This document shows positions 31,243 to 40,706 of a stretch of 64,000 nt of DNA, piece by piece. The notes under the pieces are model-generated. The model was not told the origin of the DNA. It did no database searches and saw nothing but the letters and a program-made list of their open reading frames with translations. The DNA is from an uncultured Planctomycetaceae bacterium (GTDB lineage: Bacteria > Planctomycetota > Planctomycetia > Planctomycetales > Planctomycetaceae), in NCBI GenBank assembly GCA_963815195.1, contig CAWFGE010000019.1, positions 205,311-269,310 of the forward strand. The letters run 5' to 3'. How positions within the stretch are numbered: position 1 is the stretch's first letter; the number at the start of each line of letters is the position of its first letter. A program made the position numbers and the translations under genes.

Positions 31243-31473
31243 ATGGCTCAAACTCCCCGGCGATCGCCCGCGCTCTTTTTGATCGGGCTGGTGCGGCTGT
31301 ATCAGTTTTTTCTCAGCCCGTTTCTCGGCGGGCAATGCCGATTCCGCCCGACGTGCAGCCATTACTTCATCGAAGCTGTCGAAAAGCACGGGGCGATCTC
31401 GGGAAGCTGGCGGGGCATTCGCCGAATCCTCCGCTGCCATCCTTTCCATCCGGGCGGCTACGATCCCCCGTAA
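31243..31473 (+). CDS. yidD: Membrane protein insertion efficiency factor (true start may be the ATG at 31238 with an indel)
   Basis: YQFFLSP...[10 protein letters not shown]...[15 protein letters not shown]. Confidence 0.93.
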   Translation: MAQTPRRSPALFLIGLVRLYQFFLSPFLGGQCRFRPTCSHYFIEAVEKHGAISGSWRGIRRILRCHPFHPGGYDPP

Positions 31474-31494
31474 TCGGAGACCAGGACGCAAACC

Positions 31495-32403
31495 CTACCG
31501 CGCGCGGCGGAGGCGGGTTTTTTGGTTGAGGTAATCGATGAGCACCTCGGCCATGTTCCGGCGGGTGTCCACTTCCACGCGCTCGATGCGGTTTCGCTGG
31601 CAAAGCTCGTCGAATTTCTGGTTGAAGTTTTTTAAGGCCCTCAAATAGCCCGCGCGGATGTCTTCGCTTTGGGACAGGAATTCCTCATCGATTTCCAGGC
31701 CCAGAAACTTCACCATGCCATCGAACTCGAAATACAGCTCATCGTGATGCAGCACATGAAACAGCACGACTTCGTGCTGGTTGTAGCGCATCCGCTGGAG
31801 CGCCGGTTCGAGGGCCTCCAGGTCGGTGAAGAAATCGCTGAAGACCATCACGATTTCCCGGCGGCGGGTGCGGCCGGCAAGTTCCATCAGGCAGTCGGCC
31901 ATGTTGGTTTTTTCCACCGGCTGGATTTCGCCCAGGTGCTCGGTCATGCGGTGCACCTGGGCCATCGAGTTCGAGGGCGCGACGAAACCGCGCACGCGGT
32001 CATCGAACGTGGCCAGGGAGACTTTGTCGTTCTGCCGAATGATGGAATAGCCCAGCGTCGTCGCAAGCTGCGCGGCGTAAAGCAGCTTCTGCTCGGCTTC
32101 GTCGCCGTAGCGCATCGAGGCGCTCACATCCAACAGCAGATGGCAGACGAAGTTCGTCTCCATCTCGTACTGCTTGATGAAGTATTTGTCCCGCGTGAAA
32201 TATAGCCGCCAGTCGATGTGCTTGGGATCATCGCCCCACACATACTCGCGATGCCCGGCGAACTCGACGGCGAACCCGGCCAGGGGCGATTTGTGCGCCC
32301 CGGCGAGATTGCCCATCACCAGGCCCCGCGGATCGACGGGCCGATCCGCCACCCGGCTCAAAACTTCGGGATTCAAATAACGGGATAAAACACTATTGGC
32401 CAT
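31495..32403 (-). CDS. DUF58 domain protein
   Basis: GAHKSP...VEFAGHREYVWGDDPKHIDWR, LDVSASM, FSDFF. Confidence 0.93.
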   Translation of the reverse strand: MANSVLSRYLNPEVLSRVADRPVDPRGLVMGNLAGAHKSPLAGFAVEFAGHREYVWGDDPKHIDWRLYFTRDKYFIKQYEMETNFVCHLLLDVSASMRYGDEAEQKLLYAAQLATTLGYSIIRQNDKVSLATFDDRVRGFVAPSNSMAQVHRMTEHLGEIQPVEKTNMADCLMELAGRTRRREIVMVFSDFFTDLEALEPALQRMRYNQHEVVLFHVLHHDELYFEFDGMVKFLGLEIDEEFLSQSEDIRAGYLRALKNFNQKFDELCQRNRIERVEVDTRRNMAEVLIDYLNQKTRLRRAR

Positions 32404-32637
32404 GTTCGAGTCTCAAATTGGGTCAAAGACGAAAAGTTGGGAAAGGTTGGAAGCCGCCGGATTCCCCTTCGTGCGGAATCTCCCGGTCTTTCCTCCTCCC
32501 GATCTCCCCATCTCCCAGCGGGTTGGGGTTGTCGGAATTGAAATCCGCGAGTAATGTCCGCGGCTCAATTCTCTCTGGGTCACGTCTCTTGTGCAAACAT
32601 TCCCCCCTTCTCGATCGCTTGATGGAGGGTTTCTCTC

Positions 32638-33093
32638 ATGGTGATGTCTTCGTGGTTTGGGTTCCTCAAGCGGGCTGTCATTGCGTTGACGCTTTTCGCC
32701 GTGTTGTGCCAGTCGCTGGGTTGTGGGACGCTCCTCCATCCCGAACGCCGGGGCCAACCGTCCGGGCGGATCGATCCCGCCATCGCGGTGCTCGACGGCG
32801 TGGGATTGTTGTTGTTTTTCGTGCCGGGCGTGATCGCGTTCGCCGTCGATTTCGCCACCGGTGCGATTTATCTTCCTCCGCCTTGTTACGGCCAAAACGA
32901 AAACGTCCCGTTCGATCCCTCCCAATGCGAAGTCATCCACGTCCCGCCCGGCGAACTCACCCCGGAGAAATTGGAAACGGTTCTCCGCGAACGCACCGGC
33001 CGGCCGGTCAAACTCGACCCCGGCCGTTACAACGTTCGCCCGCTGAACGAGAAAGAAACAGAAACCATCCAAGTCCTCGGCCAATCCGAATAG
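32638..33093 (+). CDS. Putative lipoprotein
   Basis: SLGCGTLLHPERRGQ...LDGVGLLLFFVPGVIAFAVDFATGAIYLP. Confidence 0.75.
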   Translation: MVMSSWFGFLKRAVIALTLFAVLCQSLGCGTLLHPERRGQPSGRIDPAIAVLDGVGLLLFFVPGVIAFAVDFATGAIYLPPPCYGQNENVPFDPSQCEVIHVPPGELTPEKLETVLRERTGRPVKLDPGRYNVRPLNEKETETIQVLGQSE

Positions 33094-33193
33094 CCAATCG
33101 ATCCCCCCCCAAGGCCGTCTCCCAATCTCAGTCGTTCCAAATTTCGTATTATTGTGGTGCAACCGTCCCGGCGTCATGAGCACCAAAAGGTGG

Positions 33194-33270
33194 AGGACCG
33201 CCCCGTTGGGGCTTGTGCATTTTGTTCGTTCCGGTTCCCCAGGGCTGACATAGAGCCGGACCTTCGGTCC
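33194..33270. repeat. REP family A copy with a 12-bp internal deletion
   Basis: Aligns with 17477-17536 plus 19193-19220 but lacks CGCCCTGGGCTG. Confidence 0.75.
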
Positions 33271-33337
33271 TTTTTCTGTAATCTGGAACTACTGAATCTC
33301 CCTTTCTCCCCGTCTCCCAATCTCCCCGTCTTCTTCC

Positions 33338-34381
33338 TCACGCCGCGGGCTTTTCGTACTTCTTATCCGCGGGGATGGCTTCCATGAGCATTTCGATCAG
33401 GCGTTCGCTGTTGACGTCGGCGGCCTGGGCCGCGTAGTTGCCTGCGATGCGGTGCCGGAGGGCGGGCTTGGCGACGGCCCGGACATCCTGAACGGTGGCA
33501 TGATAACGCCCGTAGAGAATCGCCCGGGCTTTGGCACACGACACAAGCGTTAACACGCCCCGCGGACCGGCTCCCCAACTCGCCCACTGGTTGATAAAGG
33601 CCGGAGCCTCCACGGTGCCCGGGCGGGAGGCTCTGACGAGCGCCCACGCATAGCCCAGCACCTGATCGCTCACCGGGACCCGCTTGACGAGTTCCTGGTA
33701 GCCCACGATTTCATCGCCGGTCATAATCGCGGAGATCTGGCCCATGTCGCCCGTGGTCACCCGGCGGGCGATTTCCCATTCCTCCGCGCCGGAGGGGTAA
33801 TCGACTTTGATATAGAGCAGAAACCGGTCGAGCTGCGCTTCGGGGAGCGGATAAGTGCCTTCCTGCTCCAAGGGGTTTTGCGTGGCGAGGACGAAGAAGG
33901 GGCTGGGCACCTGGTGGATCGTCCCGCCGGCCGAGACTTGCCGTTCCTGCATGGCTTCGAGCATGGCCGCCTGCGTTTTGGGCGGCGTGCGGTTGATCTC
34001 ATCGGCCAGAAGCAGGTTGGCGAAGATCGGCCCGGGGAGAAACGTGTATTCCCGCCGGCCCGTGTCGAGGTTTTCCTGAATGATCTCCGTCCCGGTGACG
34101 TCGCTGGGCATCAGGTCGGGCGTGAACTGGATGCGTTTGAACGTCAAGTGCAGCGACTGGGCGATGGAACTGATTAAGAGCGTCTTCGCCAGCCCCGGCA
34201 CGCCTTCCAACAGGGCATGCCCCCGCGAGAAGATCGCGATCAGCACTTGTTCGATGACTTCATCCTGGCCCACGATGACTTTCGATAGCTCATCGCGAAT
34301 CCGGTTGTAAGCCTGCTCGCAGCGCTGCACGGCGGCCAGGTCGTCTTGGGACGGAGAAACGGTCTGCGGGTGGTCGGTCAT
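33338..34381 (-). CDS. moxR: MoxR family AAA+ ATPase
   Basis: LEGVPGLAKT, RIQFTPDLMPSD, LADEINRTPPKTQ, ATQNPLEQEGTYPLPEAQLDRF. Confidence 0.95.
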   Translation of the reverse strand: MTDHPQTVSPSQDDLAAVQRCEQAYNRIRDELSKVIVGQDEVIEQVLIAIFSRGHALLEGVPGLAKTLLISSIAQSLHLTFKRIQFTPDLMPSDVTGTEIIQENLDTGRREYTFLPGPIFANLLLADEINRTPPKTQAAMLEAMQERQVSAGGTIHQVPSPFFVLATQNPLEQEGTYPLPEAQLDRFLLYIKVDYPSGAEEWEIARRVTTGDMGQISAIMTGDEIVGYQELVKRVPVSDQVLGYAWALVRASRPGTVEAPAFINQWASWGAGPRGVLTLVSCAKARAILYGRYHATVQDVRAVAKPALRHRIAGNYAAQAADVNSERLIEMLMEAIPADKKYEKPAA

Positions 34382-34414
34382 GGTGGAATTCCAGAGGGTT
34401 CTGTAAGTAATTCA

Positions 34415-34517
34415 GGCGAGCGGCCTGCGTCAGCGGGCCGGTGACTCACGAATGGTTCCGCATGTGGACCTTCTTGAGCGTTCCACATGACCGGGGGGCT
34501 GACACCCCCCGCTCGCC
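34415..34517. repeat. Inverted REP pair (GGCGAGC type)
   Basis: GGCGAGCGGCCTGCGTCAGCGGGCCG and inverted CCGGGGGGCTGACACCCCCCGCTCGCC. Confidence 0.75.
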
Positions 34518-34547
34518 TTGCAACGGACAACGGACCAATTTGGACTT

Positions 34548-37500
34548 TTACTCGATGCTTTCAAAGTAGCGTTTCAAACGTTCTTGATAAGCCCGGGGGG
34601 CTTCTTGTTGGGCGTTGGCGCGGATGGCGTTGCGGAGGTTCGGCGGAAGCTTGGCGAACCAGGCATCCCGGCGGAATCGCCGCTGCCCGGTCTCGTCTTG
34701 TCTCGGGCCGGCGTTCGCCGTGCGGCTATCGCCCAGGGAGCCTTCGGTCGGCGTGGACTCGAGCGGGCCGTCTTTGAGGCCGTCGTTCTCGGCGAAGTTC
34801 CCGCCGCGTGATGTGCCGCCGCCTTGGGCCGTCGCCGAGGTGGAACCGAGTTGCGGCATCGGACTTTGGCCTTCGCCTTGTCCTTGACCGGGTTGTCCCG
34901 GCTGCCCCGCTTGTCCCGGCAGACCGGCTTGAGCCTGTCCGGGAGTTCCCAAGGCACTCGCCAGCATCGCCGCGATCTGGGAGGCTTCGGCCCCGGCCAT
35001 CATCCGGGCGGTGAGTTCCGGCGAGTTCGGAACGAAGCCCGTGCCGAGTTCCGCATTCGCAAGTTGTCCTTGACCGGGTTGTCCTTGTCCCGGCTGCCTT
35101 GTCCCGGCTGGCCTTGTCCGGGTTGTCCTTGTCCGGGTTGTCCTTGTCCGGGTTGTCCTTGTCCGGGTTGTCCTTGTCCGGGTTGCCCTTGTCCGGGTTG
35201 TCCTTGTCCGGGTTGACCTTGGCCGGGTTGTCCTTGGGCGGGTTGTCCTTGGCCGGGTTGTCCTTGGGCGGGTTGTCCTTGGGCGGGTGGGTTTTGTCCG
35301 GGTTGTCCTTCGGCAGCCTGAGCCGGTCCGGCCTGCGGCTGTTTGGCGGGTTGCAGGTTGGATGCGAGTTCCAGCGCTTCGCGGATGGGCACGTTCGCCA
35401 CTTCCGTTTGCTTGGCGATCTCGGCGGCTCCCTGGCCTGTGGCGCGTTGGGCCTCGGCGAAGGTTTTCGTCGCTTGAGCCAAGGCTTTCGCCGCCTGCTT
35501 TTGGGCCTCCGTCAACGCCGGTTTGGTTTGGGCGGGATTGGCTTGGCCCGCGGGCGGGTTGCCCGTGGGATTGGCGGGGGCTTGTTGGTTCGGCTGGCTT
35601 TCCAAGGCATTTCGCTGTTGGGCGATTTGCTGGGCGGCTTGTTGCTGTTGGCGAGTCAGTTCCGCGAGACCCGCGGCGATCGCCTGGTCTTTACGAACCT
35701 GCTGTTCCTTGGCCGCCAGGTTCGCGGCGGCGCGTTCGAGGTTTTTCTGAACGGCTTCTTCCGCACCGGCGGCCTGGGCCGGCGTCGTGTTTTGACCTTG
35801 GGCGGCGGTTTGACGGGCGGCTTTTTGAGCTTCCCTGAGGGCTGCCGTCGCGCCCGGATCGACCGGAGCCGTCTTCGCGGCGACTTCGCCTGTCTTTGCG
35901 GCTTGCTGGGCGAGCTGGGCGGCTTCCTCTTCGGCGAGGGCTTTCATCGCCTGGGCGATCTGCTCGCCGGCTTGTTTGAGGCCTTGGGCGGCTTGCTCTT
36001 GGGCCGTTTTCGTGGCTTCCGCGTTGTCCGCTTTCGCGGCCTGGGCGGCGGCATCGATCGCGGCCTCAGCGGTTTGCTCTAACGTGTCCGCCGCGGGCTG
36101 GGCGTCTTTCATGGCTTTGTCCCCCGCCTCTTTCGCGGCCTGGGCGACTTGTTGTTGCGCCTCGGCGTCGGGTTTTTGCGTGGGGGCGGCTTTCATGGAT
36201 TTCTCAGCTTCCGCCGTCGCGAGTTGCCCGGCGTTCTTAAGCGCCTCTTGAGCTTCCTGGCGGGCGGCGGCGGCTTGGTTGCTGTTGCCGTCGAGCGTCT
36301 GCCGGGCCGCTTCCGCGGCGGCGGCTTGGGCTTTTTGAAGCGCCTGCACCAACGCGTCCGAAGGTTTTTGATTTTCATTCGGATCGGCGGGATTGGGTTT
36401 ATCGGGCGCGTTCTCTTTATTCGCGGCCGGTCGTTTGGCGGCGGCTTCTTTTGCGGCTTTGGCGAGGTCGGCCACTTCCTGCTGCTTGGCCGTCGCATCG
36501 AGCGGCGTGTTCGCTTTGCCTTCCGCCAGATCCTTCGCCGCCTGGTCCGCGGCGGCTTGATGTTCCGCGGCCTCGGCGACTTGTTTGGCGAGCGCCAATG
36601 CGTTCGCGGCTTCCGGCCGGCCCGCGGCTTTTTGCTGGAGCATCGCCGCTTCCCCGACCTTGTCCTGGGCTTCCTTGAGTTGCTTCAGGCGATCGGCGAT
36701 CGACTCCGGCTGCTCGCCGGCAACCTGCTCGACCGCTTTCTGGGCTGCGCCGATCTCTTGGAGTTGCTCTTCGCTGAGTTCCGCGAGCTTGGTGGCGGAG
36801 TCTTCGATCTCCTTCCGAATCGCGGCCGCCGCTTTCGCCAGCTTGTCCGCGGCGCTCTCGGCCTGTTTCGACGCGTCTTTGGCCGACGGCTTCGATTGTT
36901 CGCCCGGAGCGTTCTTCGCGGTTTCGAGAGCTTTCTCCGCGGCGGCGGTGTCTTTCATCGCGTCTTTCAAAGCATCGCTCGCCTTGGGTGCCGTCTGCTC
37001 GACGCCCTTCGCGATCTTCTCGGCGATCTGGCCCACGTCTTTTTGCTGCTCGGCGAGATGTTTTGCCTCTTCGGGTTTGAGGCCTTCTTCCGCGGCGGCT
37101 TTCTTCGCGGCCTGGGCGATGTCGCGTTCGGTCGCGGCGGCGCGCTCCAGGGTCTCCGCCGCCCGGGCGAGTTCGCCGATCTTCACCGCGGCCTGGCGGC
37201 GTTTGGCATCGGCGAGAGCCGCATCGATTTCCGCCGCCGCCCGTTCCAGGGCATCGGTGGCTTTCTCGACGGCCTGTTCCTGGGCGGCTTTTGTTTCTTC
37301 AGGCTCGGCGTTCTTCGGCGGGTTTTCCAAAGTTTTCGCGGCGGCGGTCGCGGCTTCCTCGGCCTCGCCGAGGCGGGATTTCACGTCCTCCGGCAGGTCG
37401 CGGTCCTTGGCCGCAGCCTCGGTTTTTTTCGCCACCGCTTTTTCCGGCGTGGCGGCTTCTTGGGGCTTGGATTCGGCTGTCTTCTGGGCAGCGGTGTCTT

Positions 37501-38740
37501 GCAATTTTTTCGCTTCGGCGACGTCTTTTTTCGCGGCTTCCAGATCTTGGACCTGTTTCGCATATTCATCGGCACTCTTGTCGGAATTGTCCACGTCGGA
37601 CATGCGTTCGAGTTCTTCCGCGAGTGCCGCGAGATGCCCGAGAACTTTGCTCTGCTCGGCGACGGCCTGGTCTTTTTCGCCGTCGAAAATCTCCGTCGTC
37701 GCTTGCCCGGCGGCGGCTTTGGCCTGATCGAGATGCGTCTCGGCGCGGGGCTGTTCGGTGAGTTCCTCCGCCAACTCGCCCAGGGCCTTGCGGATCGCGT
37801 TTTGCTCTTCGATCAGTTCCCGCTGTGGGGGATCGGTGAGCTTCGTGGTCTTGGTTTTCTCGCGGAGGTCGTGCTGGCGGTCTTGGAGGGCGTGGATTTT
37901 GTCGAGAGCCGCCTGCCGTTCCGCTCCGATCAAACCCTGCGTCCGCTCGATGATTTTGAGGAGCTGGCTGAGGCCGTTGATGGCTTTGGTTTGATGGATC
38001 GCGGCCGAGGTGTATTCGGTGTCCGACAACGTGCGGACGGCTTCATCCAGGTGCGCCCCCGTCTCGGCGGCGGCGAGAATGCGGATGCCGTTGGCCGCTC
38101 CCGTGGCGATCGCCCCGTCCCAGCGGCTCACGTCGGTGAGCGTTTCCAACAGCTGCAAGAACAGCTTGTTGATGTCCCGCTGGTCCTCGATGGTTTTGAG
38201 GGCCTCTTGTTCCCGGCGGGTCGGCGTCTGGGCGGGCAAGGCCTTGGTCGTGCCCAAGGCCGCGGTCTCCAGGCGAATCAAGCGGCGGACCTGCTCGGCG
38301 ATCTCGGCGGTCTTCAATCGGCGGAGCAGCTTCTGCCGTTCCACCGCGAGTTGGATGATGATCTGCCGGATGAGCTTGCGGGCTTCGAGGAACTTTTTCT
38401 CCTGGACCGCTTCCGTTTTCGCTTCCTGGGCTTCGACCAGAAGCTCGACGACCTGCGTCATTTCGGTTTTGACGAGTTCGCCGATGTTGGCCTGCATGGT
38501 TTTGATGTCGCGGTAGATCTGCATCTCCTGGAGGCCGTTTTCCTCGAGCTGCCGAATCTGCACGCGGAGGATGCTGTCGACCAGTTCGCCGGCCATGCGG
38601 CGGGCCCGCTGCTGGTTTTGCTGCCGGCGTTTGAGCGTCTCCCCATCGACCACCTGGGCCGAGACCGGCTTGGCGAACAGGCCGATCGCGAACAACAGAA
38701 CGACGGACGCCATCAAGATAAGTCTTCGTGACGTGTTCAT
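34548..38740 (-). CDS. Very large exported Ala/Gln-rich coiled-coil protein with GQPGQ repeats (apparent frameshift near 35090)
   Basis: 1246-aa ORF plus ORF 34548-35003 ending WFAKLPP...PRAYQERLKRYFESIE. Confidence 0.85.
35072..35310. repeat. 15-bp coding tandem repeat (GQPGQ / GQPAQ)
   Basis: Repeated GGGTTGTCCTTGTCC units. Confidence 0.9.
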
Positions 38741-40551
38741 TTTGTGTCTCCACTGCTGATTTCGATGATGTGATCGAGGCTTTGAGCCGAACGTTCGTCC
38801 GTGTTGCGCATCCCCATCAGGATGCCTTGAACATCGGTCACTTTCAACACCAGCGGCTCGCTGATGCTGGATTGCGGTTCGAAGGGCCCCCGGTAATCGA
38901 AGGCTTCGAGCGTCACTTTGAGTTCATCGCCGGGGCTGAGCTTGAAACTTTCCAAGACGAGCGCATACCGCCCGGACAGCGAGCGCTCGGGCTGCTCTGA
39001 GGGCTTCACGATGAGCATGTCCCGCGAGATGTGATCGACCTGGTCCATCATGTCCGTGGGGTCGTCCTCGGTGAGCGGAACCTTGCGGACCACCTGCACC
39101 TTGACGGCCAGCCGGGACAGGCCAAAATCGTCCGAGACATGAAAATCCACCGTCGGTTTCGCCTTGGGGAGCACGAGCTGCGTGACGAGTTCGGGCGGTT
39201 GGATCCGCGGGTTGCGGTCCGCGCGGATGCGGATGTAGCCTTCGATCGGCTGCTCCAAGGCGAGGCCGTCTTGATCTTCGACCTGAACCCGATACCTGAG
39301 CGGCTGGCGGATTTCATGCAGCGGCGAAGCGGGGCCGGCCAATGTCCACCGCCGGCCTTTTTCATCCCGGCGGGTGAGCGGGTAGGTTTTCTCGTCGACG
39401 GTGAGCACGGCTTTCGCCAGCGGCTTGTTGGTGGACTTGAGATCGACCGTCACGCTGCTGCCTTCCACGACCGCGATCTGGCGCGTGCCTTCGCGGACGG
39501 CTTCTTCCTTTTCCCCGGCGACCGCATAGCTCGGCGGGTGGGGATCGAGCGTGACCGTGACCACCGGCAGCGGGATAACTTTGACTTCCAAGGGTTCCGT
39601 CCACGTGTCGCCCAGATACACCAGGCAAGACACCGAATTCACCAGCCGCGGCAATCGGCCGTGATAGACGGCCTGCCCTTCGGTCTTGTTTGCAGGAGTT
39701 TCGATTTCAGCCGATCGCGAGGCACCGGACGACTGTGTTCCTGGAATCCTTGGATTTTTCACGGCGGGATCGGTGGCCATCGCGGGTTCGGCCGAGACGC
39801 CTCGGTTCAGTTCGATCTCCACGGCGTTTTCCAGCGATTCGGTTTGCAGGCGAACGCGGCCTTTTTCCGGGAGTTGGCCTTGACCCAAGACTTCAAAGTC
39901 CAAGGGACTCCCGTAGGCGCAGGTGATCGTCACCGGTTCGCCGCCTTGGACGAGGACCGTTTTCCCATTGAGGGCCACGCGCTCGATCTGCGTGTCGGTG
40001 GGATACCGCATCGACCCCAGGAGCATGCGGTTCGCGAACGCCTCGGCGTAATCGGGAAAGATCAAGACGGCTCCGATCAATACCGCCACCGTGCCTGCGA
40101 GCCAGGCCAGTCGGCGTTTGAATCGGCGATAGGTAAAGCCCTCGAACACGTCCAGCGACGGGCTGAACTCTTCCACGTAGCTGATGACCGCCGACTCCAG
40201 CTGCGGCGAGCCCCAGTCGGCGGCTTCGGTTTCCTGAAACTGAAGCGCGGCCACGAGGTCGCTGTCGATGTGCTGATGCTTCTCGACCAACAGGGCCACA
40301 TCGATCAGATCTTCCTTCACGCCGACCCAGGGTTTGGTATAGCGCCAAAACGCCCAACCGACAATCAAAACGCTAAGGCACAAAGCCACCAGCCGCTGCG
40401 GGATGTCCATGAACAACAGCAGATCGACCACAAACACCGCCGCCACCAGCCACAAGACGGCCAGGACGACCGCGCTCCAGGCGGTCGTCTTCCGAACCAT
40501 CGCCCGCCGGCGTCGCAGCCGATTCAATCGCGATCGCAAAGTTTCGAGCAT
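38737..40551 (-). CDS. Membrane-anchored hypothetical protein (DUF4175-like N-terminal architecture)
   Basis: 604 aa; three TM helices, SDLVAALQF, beta-rich region, SDDFGLS; overlaps the next gene by 4 bp. Confidence 0.8.
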   Translation of the reverse strand: MLETLRSRLNRLRRRRAMVRKTTAWSAVVLAVLWLVAAVFVVDLLLFMDIPQRLVALCLSVLIVGWAFWRYTKPWVGVKEDLIDVALLVEKHQHIDSDLVAALQFQETEAADWGSPQLESAVISYVEEFSPSLDVFEGFTYRRFKRRLAWLAGTVAVLIGAVLIFPDYAEAFANRMLLGSMRYPTDTQIERVALNGKTVLVQGGEPVTITCAYGSPLDFEVLGQGQLPEKGRVRLQTESLENAVEIELNRGVSAEPAMATDPAVKNPRIPGTQSSGASRSAEIETPANKTEGQAVYHGRLPRLVNSVSCLVYLGDTWTEPLEVKVIPLPVVTVTLDPHPPSYAVAGEKEEAVREGTRQIAVVEGSSVTVDLKSTNKPLAKAVLTVDEKTYPLTRRDEKGRRWTLAGPASPLHEIRQPLRYRVQVEDQDGLALEQPIEGYIRIRADRNPRIQPPELVTQLVLPKAKPTVDFHVSDDFGLSRLAVKVQVVRKVPLTEDDPTDMMDQVDHISRDMLIVKPSEQPERSLSGRYALVLESFKLSPGDELKVTLEAFDYRGPFEPQSSISEPLVLKVTDVQGILMGMRNTDERSAQSLDHIIEISSGDTK

Positions 40552-40563
40552 CGTTTTATCCTA

Positions 40564-40704
40564 GGCGAGCGGGGGGCGTCAGCCCCCTGGTTACGCCGAT
40601 CGTTTATATCGTTTGAATGTGTTTCTAGTCCCAAACGTCTTACTTGGATTTCGAAGCGGTCTCTTCGTTGCGAGCAACCAGGGGGCTTACGCCCCCCGCT
40701 CGCC
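40564..40704. repeat. Inverted REP pair (GGCGAGC type)
   Basis: GGCGAGCGGGGGGCGTCAGCCCCCTGG and inverted CCAGGGGGCTTACGCCCCCCGCTCGCC. Confidence 0.8.
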
Positions 40705-40706
40705 TT

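Noticed and set aside
36149..38731. 860-aa + strand ORF and similar long opposite-strand ORFs
   Set aside because: Shadow frames of GC-rich genes with no recognisable motifs.
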